From contig JAWXAX010000302.1 in NCBI GenBank assembly GCA_034439735.1, forward strand, positions 40,338-104,337: DNA of 64,000 nt, read 5' to 3'. The position numbers were made by a program, and so were the translations under genes. The notes below the pieces were generated by a model. The model saw only the letters and a list, made by a program, of their open reading frames with translations. It was not told the origin of the DNA and ran no database searches. Positions 9,449-18,050 of the stretch are shown one piece after another. How positions within the stretch are numbered: position 1 is the first letter of the stretch; each line of letters starts with the position of its first letter. This DNA comes from Rhodothermales bacterium. Lineage in GTDB: Bacteria; Bacteroidota; Rhodothermia; Rhodothermales; JAHQVL01.

Positions 9449-10774
9449 ATGTCCCACTCTTCCCATGACGCGCCCACGCCGCCGGCCGGGTTCCGTTTTG
9501 TCGAAACCTCCGGCGGCGTTTCGCACTACGTGCTGGATACCAATGGCCTTACGGTCCTCGTCCTGCCGAACGCTGCCGCGCCCGTGGCCACGTTCATGAT
9601 CACCTACCTGGTAGGCAGTCGAAACGAGTCGATTGGAACTACGGGCGCCACCCACTTCCTCGAACATCTCATGTTCAAGGGTACCGAGCGCTATAATAAA
9701 ACGGCCGGCCTGACGATCGACCGTGCCCTCCAGCGCGTCGGCGCGCAGATCAATGCGACGACCTGGAACGATCGCACGAACTACTACGAGTTGCTGCCGC
9801 GCGAAAGCCTCGGCCTGGCCATCGACATCGAGGCGGATCGGATGCGGGGGGCGCTGATCGATCCTGTTGAGATGGAACATGAACGTACTGTTATTTTGAA
9901 CGAGTACGACCGGGGGGATAACGAGCCGTTTCGGAAGTTGTACCAGACGGTCTGGAGCCTTGCCTACCTTGCTCATCCCTACCATCATCCGACGCTCGGC
10001 TGGCGGTCCGACATTGAGCAGGTGACGCCGGCCGGCCTCCGCCAGTTTTACGACACCTACTACTGGCCGAACAACGCGGTGATCTCTGTCATCGGAGATG
10101 TGGATACCTACGACGTGCTCCGCCAGGTGGCGGAACGCTTCGGCGCCATCCCCGCTTCACCACATCCCATTCCCACACTTCGCGTCGATGAACCTGAGCA
10201 GCGGGGCGAGCGGCGTGTCGTCGTCAAAAAGGCCGGCGAACTCGGCTCCCTCATGCTCGCCTACAAAGCTCCCGAGGCCCGCCACCCGGACGCCGATGCG
10301 CTTGACGTCCTCTCGGTGGTACTTGGCAGCGGCAAACGAAGCCGACTTTTCCAGCGGCTGACGGATCGTGGCCTCACCACCAATGCTTCCGCCTCGATGA
10401 CCTCGTTCCGCGACCCCGGGCTGTTTTCCCTGTACGCGTTTCTGGCGCCAGATTATACCCACGCGCAGGTGGAGTCCGCTCTCCGGGAAACCATCGCTAT
10501 CCTCAGGAAGGATGGGGTCACCGAGGATGAACTGGCGCGCGCAAAAAGTGTTATGCACGCCCACGAAGCGTTCGGCCGGGATGGTCCGTTTGCGGTTGCC
10601 TCTCACCTCAACGAAGCCATCGCCGCCGGCGATTGGAAACTGTATACCTCGTACATGGAACGCGTCAACCAAGTGACAACGGAAGACGTTCACCGTGTCG
10701 CCCAAACCTATCTGATCGACGACCGCTGCACCGTCGGATACTATGTACCGGAAGCGGGGGAGAGTGGCGATTAG
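9449..10774 (+). CDS. M16 (pitrilysin) family zinc peptidase, active subunit
   Basis: Inverted zinc motif HxxEH in GATHFLEHLMFKGT. 441 aa, paired with a second M16 gene downstream. Confidence 0.85.
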   Translation: MSHSSHDAPTPPAGFRFVETSGGVSHYVLDTNGLTVLVLPNAAAPVATFMITYLVGSRNESIGTTGATHFLEHLMFKGTERYNKTAGLTIDRALQRVGAQINATTWNDRTNYYELLPRESLGLAIDIEADRMRGALIDPVEMEHERTVILNEYDRGDNEPFRKLYQTVWSLAYLAHPYHHPTLGWRSDIEQVTPAGLRQFYDTYYWPNNAVISVIGDVDTYDVLRQVAERFGAIPASPHPIPTLRVDEPEQRGERRVVVKKAGELGSLMLAYKAPEARHPDADALDVLSVVLGSGKRSRLFQRLTDRGLTTNASASMTSFRDPGLFSLYAFLAPDYTHAQVESALRETIAILRKDGVTEDELARAKSVMHAHEAFGRDGPFAVASHLNEAIAAGDWKLYTSYMERVNQVTTEDVHRVAQTYLIDDRCTVGYYVPEAGESGD

Positions 10775-10848
10775 CGATCAAGAAGTAGCGATTATCGATT
10801 GGAATACGACCTGTTTTTCCTTTTCTCTTTTTCCTTTTTCCTTTCCCC

Positions 10849-12132
10849 ATGCGTTTTCAAGATAGGATTCACGAGCATTCCATCGGGTCGGGCAAGCTCT
10901 ACACGTTGCAGACCGGGATCGAGGACGTCGTCTCCTGGCGGGGAGTGATTGTGGCGAATCCGGTGTTTGATCGGGGGGATGAGATGCTGATGCATCTCCT
11001 GGTCGCGTTGCTGGATAAGGGCACGAAGCGGCGGGATCGATTCGCCATCGCCGATGTGCTCGAAAACCGCGGGGCCCAGCTGGGCTTCAACGTCAGCGGG
11101 TTGCGGATCGGGTTCTGGGGGCGCGCGCTTAAGGGAGATGTGTCGACCGTTCTGGGCGTCATGGCCGAGCAGTTGCGGGAGCCGTTGTTTGACGCCGATG
11201 AATTTGAGAAAGCCCGGCAACGGCTTACGGCGTCCGTGCGTCGTGGGATGGAAAGCACCGGGCATCAGGCTTCGAGCCAGATCCTGCGCCGGCTTTATCC
11301 GCCGGCCCACCCGAACTACAGCCTGTCGTCCGAGGAAGAGCTCGACCAGTTGCGGCGCGTCCAACGCGAGGAGGTGATCGCGTTTTACGAGCGCCATGTG
11401 GGCGCGAACGAGCTGCTGATGGTCATGGTGGGCGACCTCGACGAGGGCCAGGCGCTGAACGCCGCCCGCGAGGGGCTCGAGTCGTGGGAGGGGCGCCCGA
11501 CGCCGGCCGGTTATGCTGCAGAGGCCCATCCGACAACTGGCGGCGCCCGCCTCGTGCATGCCATGCCGGACCGCATGAATCTGGATGTCCGCATCGGCCA
11601 CGCGCTCCGCCTACGTCGCGATTCGCCCGACTACGCGCCGCTGTATCTGGCCAATCACATCCTGGGAGGCAACTTTTCATCTCGCCTGATGGACATCGTG
11701 CGGGACGATATGGGCCTCACGTACGGTATCCACTCGACCATTGCAGGAATCTCCTCGCGGTACGACGGCCACTGGAACATCTCCGTCACCCTCAGCCAGG
11801 AAAACCTCGAGCGTGGCATCGCGGCCACCCTTGCCGAGGTGACCCGTTTCGTGGACGAGGGCCCGACCGCGCGCGAGTTAGAAGAAAACATCACCACGAT
11901 TACCGGCTCATACAAGGTCAAGCTTGCCACGACCGGTGGGTTGGCCGATGCCATCCTGGGAGGGCTAAAGATCGGGGCCGGGACAGGGCATCTGGACGCT
12001 TGGCCAGAGCGAATCGCGTCGCTGACAGAGGCCGAGACGCGCGCGGCCATCGCCCGGTATTTTGCGCCCGATCACTTCGATGTCGCCATCGCCGGCACCC
12101 TGCCCGACAGGAGCGTTATCCCTCCGGAATAA
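10849..12132 (+). CDS. M16 family peptidase-like protein, non-catalytic partner subunit
   Basis: 427 aa with M16-like length and layout. No HxxEH at the equivalent place (LMHLLVALLDKGT). Adjacent to the active M16 gene. Confidence 0.7.
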   Translation: MRFQDRIHEHSIGSGKLYTLQTGIEDVVSWRGVIVANPVFDRGDEMLMHLLVALLDKGTKRRDRFAIADVLENRGAQLGFNVSGLRIGFWGRALKGDVSTVLGVMAEQLREPLFDADEFEKARQRLTASVRRGMESTGHQASSQILRRLYPPAHPNYSLSSEEELDQLRRVQREEVIAFYERHVGANELLMVMVGDLDEGQALNAAREGLESWEGRPTPAGYAAEAHPTTGGARLVHAMPDRMNLDVRIGHALRLRRDSPDYAPLYLANHILGGNFSSRLMDIVRDDMGLTYGIHSTIAGISSRYDGHWNISVTLSQENLERGIAATLAEVTRFVDEGPTARELEENITTITGSYKVKLATTGGLADAILGGLKIGAGTGHLDAWPERIASLTEAETRAAIARYFAPDHFDVAIAGTLPDRSVIPPE

Positions 12133-12307
12133 CCACCGCGAGGATGATGTAGAGGATCAGCCCGGGAAAGCCCACCATGATGAAGCTGAGCAGCACATAG
12201 GCCACACGCACCAGGGTGGGGTCGATTTCAAAATAATCCGCCAGCCCGGCGCAGACGCCGGCAATCATCTTGTTGTCCATCGATCGATGGATTTTTTTTT
12301 CGCTCAT
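12116..12307 (-). CDS. PspC-domain small membrane protein
   Basis: MSEKKIHRSMDNKMIAGVCAGLADYFEIDPTLVRVAYVLL matches the PspC N-terminal domain pattern. ATG at 12307 chosen inside the track ORF. Confidence 0.75.
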   Translation of the reverse strand: MSEKKIHRSMDNKMIAGVCAGLADYFEIDPTLVRVAYVLLSFIMVGFPGLILYIILAVVIPEG

Positions 12308-12402
12308 GGTCCGCCTCGTTTGCTTGGGAAAGCGATTAAAAGTCAAAAATTGGACATTACAGACGATGATTGATCAGGTAACTGCCCAATCATCGTAATT
12401 TC

Positions 12403-12445
12403 CACTTTCCACTTTTCACTTTTCACTTTTCACTTTTCACTTTTT
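12403..12445. repeat. Tandem heptamer CACTTTT x6 between the two PspC genes
   Basis: CACTTTC then CACTTTT x5 read directly (AAAAGTG on the minus/sense strand). Begins 6 nt after the stop of the 12451-13083 gene. Confidence 0.9.
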
Positions 12446-12450
12446 AGTGA

Positions 12451-13083
12451 TCATCCCTGATCCCGAATGATGGTGATCTGTTTCTCCCGGGGGCGGGATT
12501 CGGGCTTGGGCATCACGGCGGAAAGAATAAGGTAAGCCAGGAGGAAGCCGCCTTCGGTGACGATGGTACCGATCACAAACGCGATGCGAACCAGCGTGGG
12601 GTCGATGCTGAAATATTCCGCGATCCCGCCGGCAACGCCGGCCACCTTTTTATCACGCGACTTCCACAGTTTCCGCTTCTCCTTTCCGGTGACCTCGGGG
12701 GGCGCCTCGGTTTCGATGGTGCGGCTGGCTACCCGGACCTTGACCTTGCTCTTTTTCTTTTTCGGCCGCCACGAGAGCACGCCGAAGCCGAGCAGAATGA
12801 TCAAGATGCCGGCCAGCCAGGGCAACATGCCCACGAGGGCGTCCAGGTTCGGAAAGCCGATGCCCTGCCACCCGAGCTCCTGCAGAATGTAGGCGATGCC
12901 CACGAGAATGAGCGAGAGGCCGGCGACGGTCGGGAGGTTAAATATCCCCTCCTTCTTTTTGGGCTCGTCCTCGAACAACAAGCTCTCCAGTTCCTCATCC
13001 GACAGCTGTTCGAGGTTCAACTCGTTGTTTTCGGATCCGAAACTGAGATGGTCTTCGTTCTGTTTTCGTGTGCGTGTCTTCAT
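12451..13083 (-). CDS. PspC-domain membrane protein (long form)
   Basis: C-terminal PspC block KKVAGVAGGIAEYFSIDPTLVRIAFVIGTIV. Central TM helices and an acidic N-terminus. Confidence 0.7.
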   Translation of the reverse strand: MKTRTRKQNEDHLSFGSENNELNLEQLSDEELESLLFEDEPKKKEGIFNLPTVAGLSLILVGIAYILQELGWQGIGFPNLDALVGMLPWLAGILIILLGFGVLSWRPKKKKSKVKVRVASRTIETEAPPEVTGKEKRKLWKSRDKKVAGVAGGIAEYFSIDPTLVRIAFVIGTIVTEGGFLLAYLILSAVMPKPESRPREKQITIIRDQG

Positions 13084-13175
13084 GGTACAGGTTGCTAAAC
13101 AGGTACCCGGCCGTTACGAGGCCGATGACCGGGATGTTGCGTCGATTTTAGGAGGGGTGTTACGCATCGACGGGA

Positions 13176-13205
13176 GTAGAGACACAAAACATCGTGTCTC
13201 CGTAC
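13176..13205 (-). repeat. GTAGAGAC-type hairpin downstream of the MTHFS gene
   Basis: GTAGAGACAC-AAAACATC-GTGTCTCCGTAC. Stem GAGACAC/GTGTCTC. Same flank and stem design as the GAGACGC/GCGTCTC hairpins at 50050, 63590 and 63765. Confidence 0.6.
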
Positions 13206-13221
13206 AGCCCACGCGTAACGT

Positions 13222-13836
13222 TCACTCAAGAACGCGGAGTAGACGACTTTCCGTCGCAAGATACGAAACCGGGATGTCATGCGGTTCATGGGGTAGTAGA
13301 TCAACCACACACGCATCGAATACCGGACAGACGACCGTCGCACCGAGGCCGGCCAGGAAGCTATCGTAATATCCTTTTCCATAGCCCAACCGAAAACCCA
13401 GCAGATCCGCTCCAAGCGCTGGCGTCAGAACCAGGTCGATCGCCTTATCTGGAACGGTTTTGCCCTCCATGGGTTCATGCACGCCCCACGGACCCGGTTG
13501 GAGCCGATCTTCGCCTTCAAAGAGGCGGTGTGTCATACGGGGCGTCATACGGGGCGTCATAACGGCGCCCTGGCTCGATGTGACCGCCGGCAGCAGAATT
13601 TGTTTTCCGGCACGGTGGCCGGCGAGCAGAAGCGGGCGAATATCGATTTCGCCGCGGTGGACCATCGGCCAGTAGGCATGAATACATCGAGCGGACCGGT
13701 ATGCCGGCAAGGCCTCGATGCGTTCGACAATGGCGGCTGAACAGACGGCGTGGGTATCGGCGCTCAGACTACGCCGATAGGCATCAAAACGGGCGCGATA
13801 GCTGTTTTTTTCGTGCTGGGCTGTGGAGGTCGTCAA
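13222..13836 (-). CDS. 5-formyltetrahydrofolate cyclo-ligase
   Basis: 204 aa, C-terminal family motif GFRLGYGKGYYDSFL. Contains an in-frame 12-bp tandem repeat (MTPRMTPRMTHR). Confidence 0.8.
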   Translation of the reverse strand: MTTSTAQHEKNSYRARFDAYRRSLSADTHAVCSAAIVERIEALPAYRSARCIHAYWPMVHRGEIDIRPLLLAGHRAGKQILLPAVTSSQGAVMTPRMTPRMTHRLFEGEDRLQPGPWGVHEPMEGKTVPDKAIDLVLTPALGADLLGFRLGYGKGYYDSFLAGLGATVVCPVFDACVVDLLPHEPHDIPVSYLATESRLLRVLE

Positions 13837-14102
13837 GGTGGTAGGCGCAAAAATGAAGGCGTGGCGAGGGACGTGCGTTCCCTAACTCGTCAAAAATTCG
13901 ATGTTTGTTCAGAACGTGAAAGCGTCGGCGACGTTGGATTAGCCGTTTGTATCATCTATTTTGGCCTTTCTACGCTGTAGAGTAAACGCGCGATGTAAAC
14001 GAAGCGAAGGAAGCGAGCCATACGTTAAGCGCCAATGAATGGGCCTGGCACCTGCGAGCTCACTGATCGCACGCGCTGAATACATCACCTGGAAATCCCG
14101 GA

Positions 14103-15452
14103 ATGTTCGAAAATCTGAGCGACAAGCTGGACGTTGCGTTAAAGTCCCTCGCGGGGCAGGGGCGCATCAACGAACTCAACATCGCCGAGACGATGCGTGA
14201 GATCCGGCGTGCATTGCTCGATGCGGACGTCAATTATCAGGTGGCGCGGGAGTTTACGGACAAGGTAAAAGACCAGGTTCTCGGGAGCAAGGTGCTCAAC
14301 GCGGTCTCGCCGGGGCAGCAGCTCGTGAAGATCATCTACGATGAGCTGGTGGACCTGCTCGGGTCGGTCCAGGTAGAGATCAAGACGTCGGCCAAGCCGC
14401 CGACGGTGGTGCTGGTCGCCGGCCTCCAGGGCTCAGGAAAAACGACGTTTTGCGGTAAACTCGCCGCTTATTATAAAGCCAAAGGTTTTGCCCCCATGCT
14501 CGCCGCGGCGGACGTATACCGTCCCGCGGCTGTGGATCAGCTCAAAACCCTCGCCGCCTCCATCGACGTGCCGGTGTATGCGATCGTGGAGGACGGGGTG
14601 GTTGTCCGCGATGCCGTTCGCGTGGCCCGTGAAGCGCTGGCTGAAGCGCGTCGGACCGCGCGTAACCTGCTCATCATCGACACCGCAGGCCGCTTGCATG
14701 TGGATGAGGAGATGATGCGCGAAGTCGAGCAGATCAGGGACGCCGTTTCGCCTACCGAGATCTTGTTCGTCGTCGACAGCATGACGGGTCAGGATGCCGT
14801 CAATACGGCGCTCGAGTTTAATAAGCGGCTGAACTTCGACGGCGTCGTGCTTACGAAACTCGATGGAGACACCCGCGGCGGCGCTGCGCTCTCTATCCGC
14901 TCGGTGGTTCAGAAACCGATCAAGTTTGCCTCGACGGGTGAGAAGTTAGACGCGCTGACGCCGTTTTATCCGGATCGGATGGCGCAGCGGATTCTGGGTA
15001 TGGGGGACGTCGTCTCCTTCGTCGAGCGCGCCCAGGAGCAGTTCGATGAGAAAGAGGCCGATAAACTCCAGCGGCAGATCCGCTCGGAGGATTTTAACCT
15101 CGAGGATTTTTACGAACAGCTGCAGCGCATCAAGAGCATGGGCTCGCTGAAAGATCTGCTCGGCATGATCCCTGGAGTCGGCAAGCAGGTCCGAGACCTG
15201 GACGTGGACGACGACGCGTTTAAACACATCGAGGCCATCATCAACTCCATGACCCCCCTGGAACGGCGCAAGCCGGATCTGCTTAACGGTAACCGTCGCC
15301 GGCGCATTGCCGACGGCTGTGGCATGGAGGTCAAGGACGTCAATCAGCTCATCAAGCAGTTTCATGAGATGAAAAAGATGATGAAGACGATGTCCAAGTT
15401 GATGGGTAAAGGTAGAAATGTCGACCTCCAGGGGCTCCTGGGGGCGCGATAG
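14103..15452 (+). CDS. ffh: Signal recognition particle protein Ffh
   Basis: SRP54 N/G domains (GLQGSGKTT, DTAGR, TKLDGD) and a Met-rich M domain (MKKMMKTMSKLMGKG). Confidence 0.95.
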   Translation: MFENLSDKLDVALKSLAGQGRINELNIAETMREIRRALLDADVNYQVAREFTDKVKDQVLGSKVLNAVSPGQQLVKIIYDELVDLLGSVQVEIKTSAKPPTVVLVAGLQGSGKTTFCGKLAAYYKAKGFAPMLAAADVYRPAAVDQLKTLAASIDVPVYAIVEDGVVVRDAVRVAREALAEARRTARNLLIIDTAGRLHVDEEMMREVEQIRDAVSPTEILFVVDSMTGQDAVNTALEFNKRLNFDGVVLTKLDGDTRGGAALSIRSVVQKPIKFASTGEKLDALTPFYPDRMAQRILGMGDVVSFVERAQEQFDEKEADKLQRQIRSEDFNLEDFYEQLQRIKSMGSLKDLLGMIPGVGKQVRDLDVDDDAFKHIEAIINSMTPLERRKPDLLNGNRRRRIADGCGMEVKDVNQLIKQFHEMKKMMKTMSKLMGKGRNVDLQGLLGAR

Positions 15453-15514
15453 CCGTACGAGCACAACACGAGTTCACTTCGTAACCAAGAAGCGATACAA
15501 AGGAGAGAAGCAAG

Positions 15515-16186
15515 GTGGCAGTAAAACTCCGTCTACGCCGCATGGGGCGTAAAAAACACCCGATCTACGCCGTAGTGGCGACCGATGAGCGCAACCCCCG
15601 CGATGGTAAATACATCGAGGACCTGGGCCGCTATTATGCCGTCGATGAGCCGGTTCGTGTTGAACTTCAGCGCGATCGGATCCTCTACTGGCTCTCACAG
15701 GGCGCGCAGCCGACCGATACCGTGCGCAGCATCTTCAGCCGGCATGGCCTCATGCTGGCGGCCAACCTGCGCCGAAAGGGCAAATCCGAAGCGGAAGTCG
15801 AGGAAGCCGTCCAGGCGTTCCTGACACAGCGCGCGGACAAGCAGCCGCGTAAGCGCACGGTCGCCGACCAGCGTCGCGACGCGCTCGCCCTCGAACGCCA
15901 GGAAGCCTCCAAGCGTGAAGTCGAGAACGCAAAGGCCCGCGCCGAAGCCGAGGCGAAAGCCGAAGCCGAAGCCGATGCCGCGCGCCGAATGGCCGCTGAA
16001 GAGCGTCTGAGGCAGAAGGAAGCCGCTGCGGCCGAAGCCAAAGCCGCGCAGGAAGCAGCCAATGCGGCTCAGGCCGGCGCGGAAACGCCGGCTGAAGCAG
16101 CGCCTGCCGCCGACGCTGCCGCTGAGGCGCCCGCAGAAACGCCTGCCGCTGATGAACCCGCGGCCGGTGAGACCAACGCCAGCTGA
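15515..16186 (+). CDS. rpsP: 30S ribosomal protein S16 with long Ala/Glu/Lys-rich C-terminal extension
   Basis: GTG start. N-terminus VKLRLRRMGRKKHPIYAVVATDERNPRDGKYIEDLG is S16. The last ~140 aa are low-complexity. Confidence 0.9.
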   Translation: MAVKLRLRRMGRKKHPIYAVVATDERNPRDGKYIEDLGRYYAVDEPVRVELQRDRILYWLSQGAQPTDTVRSIFSRHGLMLAANLRRKGKSEAEVEEAVQAFLTQRADKQPRKRTVADQRRDALALERQEASKREVENAKARAEAEAKAEAEADAARRMAAEERLRQKEAAAAEAKAAQEAANAAQAGAETPAEAAPAADAAAEAPAETPAADEPAAGETNAS

Positions 16187-16206
16187 CACGCGCCAGAGGC
16201 CATCCC

Positions 16207-16746
16207 ATGTCAGCTACGGACGCGCATTCGTTACGCCGCATCGGGCGGATCTTACGCGCGCACGGCGTCCTGGGGGAGCTGAAGGTATTGCCGTCGGTTG
16301 CGGATATCGAGGGTCTGGCGACACTCCCTCGGGTCTGGATCGGCGGAGCGCCGGATCAGGCAACGGCACACGCCGTGGAGTGCGTCCGCTTTCAGCATAA
16401 CGCGAAAGGCCGGCTCGTTCTCCTGCGAGTGGCCGGAGTCGTGGGCCGCGAGGCCGCGGAGGCGATGCGTGGTCGCGAGGTATTCGCGGCGGCGGCAGAC
16501 CTACCGGTATCCGATGGCGAAGCATACGATCGCGACCTGCTGGTCGGGCTCGAAGCCTTTGCCGACGGCGCGCCCATTGGCCGTATCCACGATGTGCTGG
16601 AAATGCCCGCGCATCACGTGCTCGTGATTGCGCGGGAAGGTCGGCCCGATGCCCTCGTGCCGGCTGTGCCAGCGTTCATTGAAACGATTGATCTTGCCGC
16701 CGGCCGTCTGGTCATCCGGCCCATCGAGGGCCTGTTGGAAGACTGA
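16207..16746 (+). CDS. rimM: 16S rRNA processing protein RimM
   Basis: [17 protein letters not shown]-terminal pattern, PRC-barrel-like C-terminus, conserved rpsP-rimM-trmD-rplS order. Confidence 0.85.
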   Translation: MSATDAHSLRRIGRILRAHGVLGELKVLPSVADIEGLATLPRVWIGGAPDQATAHAVECVRFQHNAKGRLVLLRVAGVVGREAAEAMRGREVFAAAADLPVSDGEAYDRDLLVGLEAFADGAPIGRIHDVLEMPAHHVLVIAREGRPDALVPAVPAFIETIDLAAGRLVIRPIEGLLED

Positions 16747-16772
16747 GGCGAGCGCATACCGGGTTCCGATCC

Positions 16773-17471
16773 GTGCGAATCGATATCGTCACCGCACTGC
16801 CGGACATCGTCCGCGGTCCGCTCGAACACAGCATCATCCAACGCGCCCGCGCTGCCGGGATCGTGTCGATTGTTGTGCACGACATACGGGACTTCACGTT
16901 CGATAAGCATCGACAAGTGGACGATTACCCGTTCGGCGGAGGCGCCGGCATGGTGCTCAAGCCGGAGCCGATCTTCGCCTGCATCGAAGCGATCCAGGCG
17001 GAGGCGGAACAGCGCGGCGAACCGGTAGACGAGGTAGTGTACCTCACGCCGGATGGCGAAGTGTTCCAGCAAGCGATAGCCAACCAGCTCTCCTTGCGGC
17101 GCCATCTGATCCTGCTCGCCGGCCACTATAAAGGCGTCGATCAGCGTGTGCGCGATGCCCTCGTTACCCGCGAGATTTCGATCGGGGACTATGTGCTGAG
17201 CGGTGGTGAGCTGCCTGCCCTCGTCCTCGTCGATGCCCTCGTTCGGCTTGTGCCGGGGGTGCTCGGCGATGCGTCGTCGGCGCTAACCGATTCGCACCAG
17301 GACGGCCTCCTTGCGCCACCCGTCTACACCCGCCCCGCTTTGTATCGCGGGCTCGAGGTGCCGGACGTGTTGATGTCGGGAGATCACCGGGCTATCGATG
17401 CCTGGCGGGACGAACAGAGCCTCGCGCGGACGCGCGAGCGCCGGCCCGACATGCTCGACGCGGCGGATTGA
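16773..17471 (+). CDS. trmD: tRNA (guanine37-N1)-methyltransferase
   Basis: [20 protein letters not shown] and [30 protein letters not shown] motifs. Confidence 0.9.
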   Translation: MRIDIVTALPDIVRGPLEHSIIQRARAAGIVSIVVHDIRDFTFDKHRQVDDYPFGGGAGMVLKPEPIFACIEAIQAEAEQRGEPVDEVVYLTPDGEVFQQAIANQLSLRRHLILLAGHYKGVDQRVRDALVTREISIGDYVLSGGELPALVLVDALVRLVPGVLGDASSALTDSHQDGLLAPPVYTRPALYRGLEVPDVLMSGDHRAIDAWRDEQSLARTRERRPDMLDAAD

Positions 17472-17522
17472 GATCAATCGTAACGAAGTGACAAGTGAGG
17501 GTCGAAGTTATTCGCTCTCGGC

Positions 17523-17593
17523 TTCCCCGCGAAAGCGGGGATCCATGCAACCAGTCGGTCTTGCTTGGATCCCCAATCGAGTTGGGGATGACA
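17523..17593 (+). repeat. Two-hairpin element, copy C (trmD-rplS spacer)
   Basis: TCCCCGC-GAAA-GCGGGGA, then TCCATGCAACCAGTCGGTCTTGCTTGG, then ATCCCCA-ATCGAGT-TGGGGAT followed by GAC. Second stem differs from copies A/B by paired substitutions. Confidence 0.75.
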
Positions 17594-17668
17594 ACTACCT
17601 GTGGGACCCAGTTTTTGCTGATTCCCGCGTACATAAAAGAGTACTAAATCGATAAGCGGAGGTGGCCC

Positions 17669-18031
17669 ATGGCTAAGGACCTGATTGGGATCATAGAAGC
17701 GACCCAGTTTCGCGACGATGTCGTCGCTTTTACGCCCGGAGATACGGTCAATGTGCATGTGCGCGTCGTCGAAGGCGACAAGGAGCGTATCCAGCAGTAT
17801 CAGGGTGTCGTGATCGGCATCCAGAACAGCGGCTCCAACCGCACGTTCACCGTCCGCAAGATTTCGAACGGCGTTGGCGTCGAGCGTATCTTCCCGATCT
17901 TCTCCCCGAAGGTTGCGAAGGTGGAAGTCGTTCGTCGCGGTAGCGTCCGTCGCGCGAAGTTGTATTACCTGCGCAACCTGCGTGGTAAGGCGGCCCGCAT
18001 CAAAGAGAAGATGTACGATCGCGCCCACTGA
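17669..18031 (+). CDS. rplS: 50S ribosomal protein L19
   Basis: [37 protein letters not shown] and [10 protein letters not shown] are typical L19. Confidence 0.95.
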   Translation: MAKDLIGIIEATQFRDDVVAFTPGDTVNVHVRVVEGDKERIQQYQGVVIGIQNSGSNRTFTVRKISNGVGVERIFPIFSPKVAKVEVVRRGSVRRAKLYYLRNLRGKAARIKEKMYDRAH

Positions 18032-18050
18032 TCCCCTCGATCGATCCACG

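Noticed and set aside
13837-14102. Possible SRP RNA or other ncRNA in the 266-nt region upstream of ffh
   Set aside because: I could not recognise the conserved SRP RNA domain IV motifs or any stable conserved fold by eye. It was left unannotated.
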